Position numbers and translations under genes: made by a program. A stretch of 64,000 nucleotides of DNA from Octopus vulgaris. Lineage: Eukaryota. Location: positions 24,676,001 to 24,740,000 of the forward strand of contig OX597832.1 of NCBI GenBank assembly GCA_951406725.2, written 5' to 3'. Below the pieces are notes generated by a model. It saw only the letters and a list, made by a program, of their open reading frames with translations. It was not told the origin of the DNA and ran no database searches. Below are positions 1 through 12,756 of the stretch, piece by piece. The stretch's first letter is position 1; each line of letters begins with the position of its first letter.

Positions 1-183
1 GATTTGTTTTCCTCTGTCTTCCCTTCTCTGGATCTTTCCTTCTCCTATGTTTCCGACGAAGAGCTCCACTCGAAACGTTAAACCCTCCTTCTTTCCTTCT
101 TTCCTGAGTGTCTAATAATACTATATTTGTTCTACGTCCTCGCGTTGTTCTGTTTTTGTTTGTGCTTTCTTGTTTGGATTAAC
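1..183 (+). mobile_element. Short hammerhead-bearing repeat, family A (Penelope-like tail / retrozyme-like), cut by the window edge
   Basis: Near-identical to 37372-37539 and 37772-37978; ends TTTGGATTAAC directly at (TA)n. Confidence 0.7.
49..83 (+). ncRNA. Minimal type I hammerhead-like motif (CCGACGA core variant)
   Basis: GTTT-CCGACGA-A-GAGC TCC ACTC-GAA-ACGT-T-AAAC; one stem II mismatch. Confidence 0.5.
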
Positions 184-774
184 TATATATATATATATAT
201 ATATAAATATATACATTATATATATACATTATATGTATATATATATGTATATGAAATAAAGTGTTATATATATACATGAACACACACTCACAAGCACCAA
301 TATATATATATATATATAAAGCATCATGTGATCACTACTATATATAACTATATAGAAATATCTAAATAGCAACCTAACGTATGAAATCTAAAATCTCGCA
401 GTAAAATGTTTAATGCAGCCGCCATTAATTCTGTGACGCATTAACTATCAAATTGTTTATGGATTTAATAATTATTAATCCATTTACGCATTTATGTATA
501 TATTTCGTTGTCAGTTTCAGGCAAACTTTACATGCAGATAGCTTTGACATCGAACTACGTAGAATTTGATTGATTGATTGATTGATTGATCAGTTGTCTC
601 ACTGAGAATGACACATACCGTCATCATGACTCGGTTGTTTGTTTTATTGTTTTTCTTTTGGTTTGCAAATTTTTAGAGTTTATTTTTATATTTTGTCTTA
701 GCGTCAACAAATTTAACTAAATTGGCTGTAGGAATACAAGGAGCAAAGCGATAACAATAACAATGTTGACAACG

Positions 775-828
<54 letters not shown>
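775..828. repeat. (AAT)n microsatellite
   Basis: Direct reading. Confidence 0.95.
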
Positions 829-829
<1 letters not shown>

Positions 830-1288
830 TAAATACTCTGATGCTGTAACAGGCAGTGGCTCTCATGGCTTCTGATCTTGACTGATTTGAAGTCTTACCA
901 TGTACATTGATTTTTCTTGGTATAAAATATTGGCCAAAGCAAATGCTCTGCTCAAAACCACAGATTTGCTTGTCAGTTGTTCGACCTTAACCAGTTGAAC
1001 ATGTCCCTTAGTGGCTGACGATATGTGCATCTCTGATCACGAACAGAAGTAGTGGGGGATCATCATAGCCATGTGTTGAGAGGAAGTATTTGGGGTTTGG
1101 ATTATTCACCTTTGGAAAGAGGGGTGTTTCGTTCAACATCCTTAAACAACTCTTATTCACGGACATTTTGAGTGGGATGGGCTACTCGACCTCAAAAATT
1201 TCTAACTGGGCCCCAACCGCAGGTTCATGCACTGTTTATCTTGATATGAGATCACCATGTCGCGCACATATGGCTGTAATGCGCCTGT

Positions 1289-1290
<2 letters not shown>
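829..1290. mobile_element. Unclassified putative interspersed repeat between (AAT)n and (TG)n
   Basis: Complex, higher-GC block bounded by microsatellites; single copy in this window, family not assignable. Confidence 0.3.
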
Positions 1291-1336
<46 letters not shown>

Positions 1337-1352
1337 TGTGTCTGTGTGTGTG

Positions 1353-1650
1353 TAGTTTGTCCGTCGATGCGACGAAGACCATCTAGTCATCCGGGGGTGG
1401 GGCTGGGCTTCTTTTGTGAGTCCGCAGATGGCTAGTGAGGCCAGTCTGCGCCCGAAAGAGTATTTGACAGTATGTAGAGGGAATGGTAGCGTCTGCTACA
1501 GGGTTGTTAGCTCTGCCCTTCCTGGCTTGTCCGCGGTCTTCTGCAGCAGTGATCCTATTGGTCTCGCATGTGTTGGCACCCCTGTGGACAGCTGATCTTC
1601 ACCCTTCTGTCTAGAGCAGACTGCTCCCAAGTGTCATGGTCGATTTGAAG
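1353..1650 (-). mobile_element. RTE-clade LINE 3' end (decayed ORF C-terminus plus short 3' UTR)
   Basis: Minus-strand translation with one frameshift: IDHDTWEQSALDR..RSAVHRGANTCETNRITAAEDRGQARK..YCQILFRAQTGLTSHLRTH (RTE-like C-terminus with zinc-finger remnant), followed by a (CA)n tail. Confidence 0.8.
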
Positions 1651-2397
1651 AATCTTGTACTTTGATAAATAGAATATCAATTTGATATCTGTTAATGTTG
1701 GTTAACAATTGCCGAACACGAAGAGTTACCAAAGTGAAGCAAGCTGCCTCCGATTAAAGTACAAATTTTAAAAACATCAAATATTGCCGAAAAACAACAC
1801 AAAAAATAAAACAAAAGCAAAACCAGACCACGATTCAAAAACAAAGATTTCAATAAACAGTAACAACAATAGCAACAAAAACAACAACAACTGTCAGAAA
1901 AAGCAGCAACAAAACGTGGATTTTGTTTTGACTTTTACCTGCTTTTCTTGTTCGTTGTTGTTGTTGTTGTTGTTGTTGCTTCGGTCGGCGCATGTTCTTT
2001 CTTTCATCTTCTTTGTCGGTGTTTGTGATGGCGATGTTCGCTGTTTTTATTGTTGCTGATGGTTCTGTTGCTACAAACTCTTTTCAGGTTTGATAGATTT
2101 GCCAGAAGGTGGGGCAACTGTCGTCGAACGGACTATTTCATCTTCAACCCCATCTTCCATTTACCTCACTTCTTTGTTCGGTGACGAAGCCAAGGGATTT
2201 AATATTTCGTAAAATTTTTTTTCTTATCGAAATTTTGCCCCGAAGGGCCGAAAACAGAGACGTTTTGTTCAGACCCTTAGGTCTGCTCAAAACACAACAG
2301 ACTCTACAACAAAAGACAGAATGGAAAATTGACTTATAACAATGAAAACAAATCAACAACTTACAGGGTGTTTATGACACATCGACTCTGGGCATTG

Positions 2398-2415
2398 AAG
2401 AAGAAGAGGAAGAAA

Positions 2416-2470
<55 letters not shown>

Positions 2471-2947
2471 TGTAGTTGTAGTAGTAGTAAAAGAAGAAGA
2501 GGAAATAATAGAAGAGGAAGAAGAAGAAGAAGAAGAAGACGAAGACGACGAAGAAGAGGAGGAAATAGTAGAAGAGAAAGAAGAGGAAATAAAAGAAGAA
2601 AAAGAAGAAATGGAAGAAGAGGAAGTGGAAATGGAAGAAGCAAAAGTAGGAGTGGAAGAAGAAGAAATGGAAGCAGTTGTGGAAGGAGAAGTGGAAGTGG
2701 AAGAAGTGGAAGTGGAAGAAGAAGAAGAAGAAGAAGAAGAAGAAGAAGAAGAAGAAGAAGAAGAAGAAGAAGAAGAAGAAGAAGAAGAAGAAGAAGAAGA
2801 AGAAGAAGAAGCGGAAGAAGAAGAAGAAGAAGAAGAAGAAGAAGAAGAAGAAGAAGAAGAAGAAGAAGATGCAGAAGAATTCTAAGAAGAAGCAGAAGTG
2901 GAAGAAGAATAGGAAGGCGAAGGAGAAGGCGAATCGGACAAAGAATT

Positions 2948-2982
<35 letters not shown>
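2398..2982. repeat. Compound (AGT)n/(GAA)n/(AAT)n microsatellite
   Basis: Direct reading. Confidence 0.95.
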
Positions 2983-2984
<2 letters not shown>

Positions 2985-3206
2985 TATGCAGTAAGTTTCA
3001 ATTGCCGGTCAGATAACAAGGTATAGAAATCATCGATAAGTTTGGATGTCCGCCATTTTGCAGAGAAACATTTTTGTTGCTGTTTTCATTTATTTTATTT
3101 TAGTTTTGTTTAGTTCTGATGACGTCACTAAAGCTTCTGCGAAACGAACCTTAATTTTTTCCATCTTCACGATCTAGGAAATTTGGATATTTAAACAACA
3201 AAAGCT

Positions 3207-3207
3207 G

Positions 3208-3246
<39 letters not shown>

Positions 3247-3571
3247 AGAAGAACAACAGCACCATCATCATCACCACCAGCACATCAACCAGCATCATCC
3301 CCACCAACACCAGCATTGTACCCGACCTACTATTACCGCAACCACCACCACCACCACCACCACCACCACCACCACCACCACTACAACAACAACTACTACT
3401 ACAACTACCGCCCCACTACTACCATTACAACCACCACCACCACTACTACAACAACTACTACTACTACTGCTACTACTACTACCACATCAAGCACCATCGT
3501 CACCATCACCACCTGCACCGCCAGCTGTATCACCATCACACATAACCACCACCAAATCTACTACTACTACG

Positions 3572-3603
<32 letters not shown>

Positions 3604-3675
3604 AGGTAGTACTGTTACTACTACAACGAGGACAAACACTACAACTACTACGACTACTACTACTACTACTACTAT

Positions 3676-3741
<66 letters not shown>

Positions 3742-3813
3742 AGGTAGTACTGCTACTACTACAACGAGGACAAACACTACAACTACTACGACTACTACTA
3801 CTACTACTACTAT

Positions 3814-3882
<69 letters not shown>

Positions 3883-3920
3883 AACTACTACTACTGCTGC
3901 TGCTGCTACGACGACGACGT
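3207..3920. repeat. Compound (CAC)n/(TAC)n tract with an internal ~138-bp tandem duplication
   Basis: TACAGGTAGTACTG..ACAACGAGGACAAACACTACAAC occurs at ~3601 and ~3739. Confidence 0.9.
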
Positions 3921-4301
3921 CGGTAACAGCAACCACCATCATGAACATCACCGCCATTTTGCCACCCACCTACGAGTACAGAGAAATACAGCAACAGTGG
4001 GGCCCCAGAATTAGCGTGACGTGAAACGCATGATCTGCCCCTAACAGGATTAAAAAGGCAAGAAAGCAACTCCTGCTGCGAAGTAAAGATTCCCTGAACG
4101 TCCCTACTTGTACCATTGCACATGCATCCTCCACGTTATTTGGGATTCGTTGGTCTTAGCGCTGATGAGGAAGGTGTGGTGGTGGTGCCGGAGGTAACAA
4201 GGAACGGGAAGGGAGACAACTCAAGCGTGTAACTCACTTTGTTTTCGCTCTTTCGTGAATTGTTTATCTCTGCGTATATCTATGCATGTATGTATATGCA
4301 G

Positions 4302-4385
<84 letters not shown>

Positions 4386-4513
4386 TTACACAAATTCATG
4401 CATATATAGATTTTGCTCGTGAGTATATGCGTATGTATGTATGTATGTATGAGTGTATGCATGGATATATATATATATATGCACACGCATATCTATATCT
4501 ATATCTACCTATA

Positions 4514-4565
<52 letters not shown>

Positions 4566-4623
4566 TGTGCGAGCACAGTCAAATATATATATATATATAT
4601 ACATATAAATACACACGTACATC

Positions 4624-4670
<47 letters not shown>

Positions 4671-5134
4671 GTACACATAATACATATACACACACACATA
4701 ACACACATGCATACGCACATACACATACATACACACACACATACAAACACACGCACACGTATTTGAAAATAAGTGATGGAGCCGGTAGCAGCGGTGAGTA
4801 AAAAATAGGTCAGGTCGAGTCAAGCATATATAACAATTTCTTATGGTTTGGTTCGTATTTAAGTGAGGCTAAGATAAGAATAGGGAAAATTGATAGATAG
4901 ATAGGTAGATAGATTGATAGATAGATAGATAGATAGAGAGAGCTATATATAGAGAGATTCGCATTGTTGTTTACTAAGGGTTTATGGGTAATCGTTTGGT
5001 TTACGGTCGAATGTATTCCAGCGTATTTAAAAATTTGCTTCGACCCAACGGTTTAACAATGGCTGCCACTGCTTGGGGAATTTTTCGGAAAAGATTAAAA
5101 ATAAAAGATCAGCGCATGCGAAGAAAATATATAA

Positions 5135-5185
<51 letters not shown>

Positions 5186-5823
5186 CATATATAAATAAAT
5201 ATATTCACGAGTTATGTTAAAAAAAACCAATTAGCTACAAGACGAAAATTAAGATACGAAACAATAACGAAATGCCTCTGAAATAAACAAAGAATATGAA
5301 GAAAATGGAAGAGATTTTCTGTTTAATTCTGTCATTCCATCTTCCACCTCTTACGCCTTCTTTATCTCGTTTCTTCTTCTTCTTCTTCTTCTTCTTCTTC
5401 TTCTTCTTCTTCTTCTTCTTCTTCTTCTTCTTCTTCTTCTTCTTCTTCTTCTTCTTCTTCTTCTACTTCTTCTTCTTCTTCTTCTTTTTCATTGTCATCG
5501 TTGTCGTCATCATCATCGTCGCCGTCATCGGTGTTGTTGTCGTCTGTATCACCGTCGTCGTCATCATCATCATCAGCATCATCATCATCATCAGCATCAT
5601 CACCATCCTCCCCATCGCACCCCTCCTCCTCCTCCTCCTCCTCCTCCACACTAAAAGAACATTCCAACAGAGTTACTTTTCAAACCAATATTCCAGCAGA
5701 ATTCCCAATTGATGCGAATGAACCATTGCAAACTCAAACATTTATCTTTAGGTTCATCTTCTCCCCTTGCGGATTGCAATGTATAATGCTTTGGACATGG
5801 TGCCAAGTCACGTGTGTAGATAG

Positions 5824-6048
5824 TACGAGGGAGTACTGACAAGTTCCTGGCTTTGGGTGAAAGAAAATACAGGGGCGGTGTCAGTTAATTATGATTTTAT
5901 TCAACATATTCCCCTTTCAGATTCACCCACTTATTGCAGCAGTCCTTCAGTTTTACTAAATCCTCAAAAGGAACTCGAAAGATTCTACCTCTATCCAGGC
6001 CTTTCGCAACACCCTTCATGCCAGGAACTTTTCTCCACCCCTCATGTA
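5824..6048 (+). mobile_element. Mariner-type MITE
   Basis: Imperfect TIRs TACGAGGGAGTACTGACAAGTTCCTGGC / GCCAGGAACTTTTCTCCACCCCTCATGTA; related copies at 6065 and 62328. Confidence 0.7.
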
Positions 6049-6064
6049 TATATATATATATACT

Positions 6065-6147
6065 TACGAGGAGTTACTGAAAAGTTCCTGGCTTTGGGTA
6101 AAATAAAAATACAGGGGGATCAGCTAATTATGATTTTATTCAACATA
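6065..6147 (+). mobile_element. Partial second copy of the same mariner MITE
   Basis: TACGAGGAGTTACTGAAAAGTTCCTGGCTTTGGGT..TAATTATGATTTTATTCAACATA matches 5824-5908. Confidence 0.7.
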
Positions 6148-6329
6148 GTTTGCCGTATTTAGGTGCTTGACATACATCCGTATCACACCTTTGGTTTTTA
6201 CCTCTTTGTTATATTCTGTGATGGACTGCGAACTGGCAAAATCGTTGGCACGTCAGTCAACGTGCGTCTTAAACGTACATCTCAAGCGTACAGTATACTT
6301 GGCTATTTACTCTTTAGCGTGCAGTTTAT

Positions 6330-6493
6330 CCCTAACCTTAATTCTAAACGCTAACCCTTACCTTAAAGTTTAACCGTAAACCTAAAGTTTAACCCTAACC
6401 CTAATGTCTAACCTAACCATAACGTTAAACCAAGACGTTAAGCTCTAACTCTAAACCCTAACCCTAAAATTTAATTGCAGCCCCAACCATAAC
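6330..6493. repeat. Degenerate telomere-like (CCCTAA)n tract
   Basis: Many CCCTAA/CCTAAC/CTAAAC variants. Confidence 0.65.
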
Positions 6494-6561
6494 AAGATCA
6501 AGTCATTTCACGGTGTAGACTAAGGACTCTGCGGTAGACCACCCACTAAAGCACTGCCATG

Positions 6562-6720
6562 ATTAGCGAAATTCCTTCTGGCTCTCTACGTTCTGAGTTC
6601 GAATACTGCCGAGGTCAACTTTGCTGTCATCACCTCAGGGGTCAATAAAATAAATATCAATAAATACTGCGGTCGATGTAAACGATCCTTCCTCTCAAAC
6701 TTTCTTGCCTTGGTCCCTGC
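6562..6720 (+). mobile_element. Diverged SINE family C (alternative-tail variant)
   Basis: TACGTTCTGAGTTCGAATACTGCCGAGGTCAACTTTGC..GGGGTCAATAAAATAA. Confidence 0.65.
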
Positions 6721-7126
6721 CACGGGCCGGCGTCTGATTCATCGGGAATGTTGCGACTATGGTCATTTAAAAATCATAGAAACCGGATAACTAGCTTTAT
6801 GCGTCCTAAGGCTAAAAAAAAAGTTTGTTATTTCCATATATTTCTATTGTACGTACGTACATGGAGTCAAATTGGCCGACCGGCTTAGAAATTAAGTCCG
6901 TGGCCCAATTATGAGTCCTCAAATCCGATTCCATCCCATTTGAGGGAGAAGAGGAAGAGTGGGTCTTTACCATAGCCTGCCATAGAACTTTGGTCAACAC
7001 CAAAACTTTTCAGTGTATTTGGAGAAGCGGAACCTGTCTGTCTGTGTGTCTGTCTGTCTCTCTTTCTCACACACACGGACTTATGTACGATACGTCCATG
7101 TGCACAGGCTTGCTTACATACATACG

Positions 7127-7157
<31 letters not shown>

Positions 7158-7914
7158 CTACACACACACACACACACACATATATATAAATACACGTATA
7201 CATAGGCATACAAATATACATACATATAAACATAATACTCGTGTGTGTAAATATTTAAATGCCTACCTGTCTGCCTATATCAACATGATTTCCCTTCTTC
7301 TTCTTCTTCTTCTTCTTCTTCTTCTTCTTCTTCTTCTTCTTCTTCTTCTTCTTCTTCTTCTTCTTCTTCTTCTTCTTCTTCTTTTATACATACACACACG
7401 TATCTAATATATCCGTTCTGTTAAAAAAAATGTCTACTTCTGAATATTTCAAAGCGTATACATAGACAAACCAAAACACATCAATACGTTCAAATGTGCA
7501 TACATACACATACACACACATATATATATACAGACATACAAACATTCACACATATAGACACAGTCATATGTTATTGCTACGTATGGTAACACACAAAATA
7601 AAAGCGAGGTTCAAAGAGTTACCTGGACAAACATTCATTCATAAATATATATGGACATATTCTTAAACGCCTACAAGAATACAGACATACATAGCTACAA
7701 ACAAACGTACATGTATACATACAGAGATAATAATACATAACCACATACAAATATTCATATATATATATATAAAATATACAGATATGTACGAATGCATATA
7801 CGTACATGCACGCAAAAATACGCATTCATACATTCAAAAATACACACATACATATACACTTTCGTAGCTTCAACCTTCATACGTACACACACGAATGCAT
7901 GAATATCTGTACAA

Positions 7915-7985
<71 letters not shown>

Positions 7986-7991
7986 TATATT

Positions 7992-8215
7992 ACGGAGATG
8001 TACTCGCATAGCAAGTAATTTGATCTGAGATCGTGTGCTGAAACGAAAACAATTGCAGCGTGGAAGGTGTTTATAAGCCATTCAAGAAACACACAAAAGC
8101 CGTTCGATTCACTTCAACATTTAAGTTTAATTTGTCAAAATATTTTCGTCGCTAAAATCCGCGACCTGTTCACTGACAAAGTCCGTGCTGCATCTAAGAA
8201 AGTAACAGTTAGTTC
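7992..8215 (-). mobile_element. Hammerhead-bearing short repeat, family G, inserted at (TA)n
   Basis: Homologous to 28008-28154; 3' end abuts the (TA)n tract at ~7990. Confidence 0.7.
8131..8180 (-). ncRNA. Type I hammerhead ribozyme candidate with G3-C8 core swap
   Basis: Minus strand: TTTGTCA-GTGAACA-G-GTCGC GGATTTTA GCGAC-GAA-AATATT-T-TGACAAA; perfect 7-bp stem I, 5-bp stem II, palindromic stem III. Confidence 0.65.
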
Positions 8216-9067
8216 GTCATATATATGTACGTATGTATGTGTGTATGTATGCATACCTGTGTGTATGTATGTACGTATGCATGTACGCACATACGCCTGT
8301 GTATGTATGTATGTATGTATGTATGTATGTATGTATGTATGTATGTATGTATGTATGTATGTATGTATATATGTATGTGTGTGTATATGCACGCACATAC
8401 ACTCTATAAAACATAAAGCTATAAACCTGTAGCGATGGATGGATGTAGAGTGACCACTCATCACAAAGCTATCAAATTTCAACTTCCTACGGCCGAAGCT
8501 AGAAAGTGAATTTATGACGCTTACTCCCAAAACTATACCCTAAAATCTATTATCAGATTTTTATCTCTATATCACAGAACTAATGTTTTACTATTGTGCG
8601 TATGTATGTATGTGCGTATGTATGTATGTATGTATGTATGTATGTATGTATGTATGTATGTATGTATGTATGTATGTATATGTACATACGTACGCATGTG
8701 CGTATGTATGTATACGCGCTCGTGTGCATGTGCCCATGTATGTGTGTGCGTACATGTACGTGCGTATGTACGTGTGTATGCCCATACGTAGGTATGTATG
8801 TATGTTTGTATTCATGTGCTACGTATGTATGTGAGTGTCTAGGAGAATGGGCAGATGTGTCTGTGAGAGTGTGTACATGTGTATGTGTATGTGTATGTGA
8901 ACGTATGTCCGTGTACTGGCATGTGTCCGTCCAAGTTGTGTACATGACTGTTACTTTGCTGAAGGTTGTATACATATTTACATATATGTTTGTATAGACG
9001 CACACACACATATATATATGTGTGTGGGTGTGTGTTTGTTCCTCTCATCATCGTCTAACCGTCTATC

Positions 9068-9130
<63 letters not shown>

Positions 9131-9638
9131 TATACAAATGCATAAACGTAAACACGCATCCATGTGTATATGCTTACAGTTACACACATGCACATATGCA
9201 CACATATATGCGTGTATACGTATACATACGTAGACATATCAAACTAAGAATCATTATATTTTGATAAATTCGTCGCGAATATAGTTACAATTTATTGAAG
9301 AAGCAAGAGGACCGAAGTAAGAAAGCAAAGACAATAGATATGATGTGTATGAGAGCACATCGAAGGCTTTATTGAAACTAATCGATGCTGGAGGCACGTT
9401 GAAGTATATTGTCAACATCTTTAATAATAATAAAAAAAAAAAGATGGTGGCAAAGTATTGATAGATTATAAAAGTTTAACTAACAATAACATCGACATCT
9501 GTATCGGGATTATGATGAAACGGTAGGTTTGAACAGCCATATGCAAATATATATATATATAAAATATATATCTATATATAAATGTATATAGACGTAGGTA
9601 TATACACAGGTGCGGTTGCATGTGTATGCATCTATACG

Positions 9639-9726
<88 letters not shown>

Positions 9727-10181
9727 ATATATATATATATTGATATATCTGTGTATGTGAGTGCAGGTCTTTGAGCGATATATATGCATATACAAACACA
9801 TATACACACACAGTGACATCCACAGAGACAGATATGTTTGTGAGTTGGCATTTTAGGATTGCAGATGTTATTACACTTTATATATATATATATATAAGTA
9901 TACACACGCACATATATATATCAATATATTTATATACAGATGCTCATATATACGTACATATATACATATATATGAATACAAAAGGGCACACATGTGTACT
10001 TGCAAAACTTGACTATATTCGTACCTATGTTTACGGAAGCATTCTTCATCATTCTTTAACATTCTGCTTTGTATTGTGGAAAATTGTCAGGACGCGGCTA
10101 TAATGTTTCAAAGCCCGGAGGCCCATATGAATATATCTAAACAATCTGCAAACGCTATAATAATTGATATGTATATATATA

Positions 10182-10231
<50 letters not shown>

Positions 10232-10277
10232 AACTTACTTGGAAATGGATGCGTGGCGTTCAAACATATATATATAT

Positions 10278-10670
10278 ATTTTGCGGAGGGTCAAAGTTGG
10301 TAACAAAAACAGGACAGTGAAACAAATAGTGAGGGCTGCTAAGCCAGACGGGATAAGCCGACAACTGACGAAGAGTCGTTCTTTATGTTACTGTCTTCTT
10401 TTCCAGTTGTTTCTCTCGTTGCCCGTAAAAAAAATGTTTGTCGTTGTATTTCATGTTGTTTTTCGTATTTCGGATTTCATGCTTTCGTATTTCATATTGA
10501 TTACGCTTAGTAGCCCTCACTATTTGTTTCACTGTCCTGTTTTTGTTACCAACGTTGACCCTCCGTAAAATCCCAAATTTTATTTTGGTTTGCGGAAGCA
10601 ACTATTTTCTTAGAGGCACATTGTCGTGAATTGTTCGAAATTTGGAGTAGATAAACAGCCGACAACTAAG
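10278..10670 (+). mobile_element. Element with a 67-bp inverted 5' arm, Penelope pLTR-like
   Basis: IR 10278-10344 / 10505-10571 (3 mismatches) starting at (TA)n; CTGACGAAGAG at 10365; AGCCGACAACT repeated at ~10356 and ~10657. Confidence 0.55.
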
Positions 10671-11306
10671 TGAAGAAGAAGAAGAAAAAAAGAGAGAAAA
10701 CTACAATGGGAACGTAACATCAAGAGAGAACATAGAGTTTGACGTAATACAAACGTATTTTCACTAACATTACCATTCCCTCCTCCAACTTTTGCTAATA
10801 GAAATCAAAATTGCATTTCTCTATTTAATTTCTTGACAGAAAATAGGTTGTTGTTTATGTGTGATATGGTTGTTATGTATTTGAGTAAATATTATACAAA
10901 ATTCCTCTGTAATGTCTCGAAAAGTAATATATAAAGTTTTATGAATATTTGTGTTGTAGTTATGTAGTTTCCGAATACAAGACGACCATATAAACTTTCT
11001 ATTCACAAACACACCCACGAGCACCCGCACGCATTCAACATGCAGATCTGGACGCTCATACATGCACACAGGCACATATGCCGTCCATCCTGTTATCCGA
11101 ATCTAAGGACATTAAATGAAAACATACTATCTGCCATTACCAAATACACACTCACACGTACACACACACATTCACACATAAACACACACGCATACATGAA
11201 CACACACGGGCGCGCACACTCAGATACACTCGTTTTATACACACACACGCACACACACACATACACAGACAAACACACAGACAATAACAGAGAGAGAGAC
11301 ACACAC

Positions 11307-11365
<59 letters not shown>

Positions 11366-11417
11366 AGGAAGCCTGTTCACATGGACGTATCGTCTATGAT
11401 ACATAGATATAAAAGTC

Positions 11418-11449
<32 letters not shown>

Positions 11450-11648
11450 GGAGAGAGAGAGCGCGTGAGAGTGAGAGAATGAGATAGAAACAAAGTATGC
11501 GTTTATGGTTAGCTGCATGCACACACATATATACATATATCTATAATACTTTTGAATAAATAAGAAATCAAATATATTTCAGTATGTGTATGGTGTACGA
11601 GTAAGCAAACACACAAAGAAAGTATGCAACACACAACAAAACACACAG

Positions 11649-11705
<57 letters not shown>

Positions 11706-11918
11706 AACGTTTACACGTATTTATTTAGTGATACAAGAAATCTGTAAATAAATAGAATCAGAGAGATGAAAAAAAATCCATCTTCTTTTTCTAAGTTGAA
11801 TTCAGTTGCAATCCAAGAAATATAATGAAAACCAGATTTCATAATTTTTCCCCGATTCCACAAATTTGTTTTAGAGGGAAATTGAAATGATCTGGGCGCA
11901 AGTATGTAATATATATAT

Positions 11919-12120
11919 AGTTGGAATTTACAAAAAAGAAAAAAAAAACAAACAAACAAACAAAACACAAGAGACGAAGACGGGTGTGTAAACAACATAG
12001 AGATGTATTAGTTTAACGCTCGGGAAGTAAGAAAGTCTTTTATGTTTCGAGCCTACGCTCTTCAACAGAAAGGAATATAGACATAAACAGAGAAATAAAA
12101 AACCATAATAGAAAAAAACA
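11919..12120 (-). mobile_element. Hammerhead-like short repeat related to family A
   Basis: Shares the motif and the downstream TTCC(C/T)GAGCGT..TAATAC with family A; 3' end ..TTCCAAC abuts (TA)n. Confidence 0.6.
12037..12072 (-). ncRNA. Minimal hammerhead-like motif (CUGUUGA variant)
   Basis: Minus strand: CTTT-CTGTTGA-A-GAGC GTAG GCTC-GAA-ACAT-A-AAAG. Confidence 0.45.
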
Positions 12121-12186
12121 GAAAGTACAAAAAATGTTCAGAAAAGTTCACATACATATATATACATACATACATACATACATACA

Positions 12187-12220
<34 letters not shown>

Positions 12221-12299
12221 CATACATACATATATACATACATACATATATACATACATACATACATACATATACATACATACATACATACATAAATAC

Positions 12300-12344
<45 letters not shown>

Positions 12345-12575
12345 TTCTTTTCGTTTATTTATTTCAGTCATTTGACTGCGGCCATGCTGGAGCACCGTCT
12401 TTAGTCGAGCAAACTTACCTCAGGACTTATTTTTTGTGAGCCTAGTACTTATTCTATCAGTCTCTTTCGCCGAACCGCTAGGTTACGGGGACGTAAACAC
12501 ACTAGTATCGGTTGTCAAGTGATGGTGGATGGGAGGACAAAGACACACAAACATATTCTTATACACGGGCTTCTT
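12345..12575 (-). mobile_element. SINE family B, 3' half
   Basis: Reverse complement of the tail of 31223-31663. Confidence 0.85.
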
Positions 12576-12664
12576 ATATATATACGTGTGTGTGTGTGTG
12601 TGTGTTTGTGCACATATGTTTGTGTGTCTTTGTCCCCCCACCCACCATCATTTATATATGAATA

Positions 12665-12756
<92 letters not shown>

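Noticed and set aside
1015-1050. CTGACGA core
   Set aside because: No GAAA or stem I pairing downstream
2610-2994. Poly-Glu / poly-Lys ORFs
   Set aside because: (GAA)n tract read in different frames; no domain or splice support
3113-3150. CTGATGA..GAAAC hammerhead-like motif
   Set aside because: No convincing stem II and no UH cleavage site before the stem I partner
3536-4123. 195-aa minus-strand ORF with a unique N-terminus
   Set aside because: Mostly poly-Ser from (TAC)n; the unique part resembles no family I recognise
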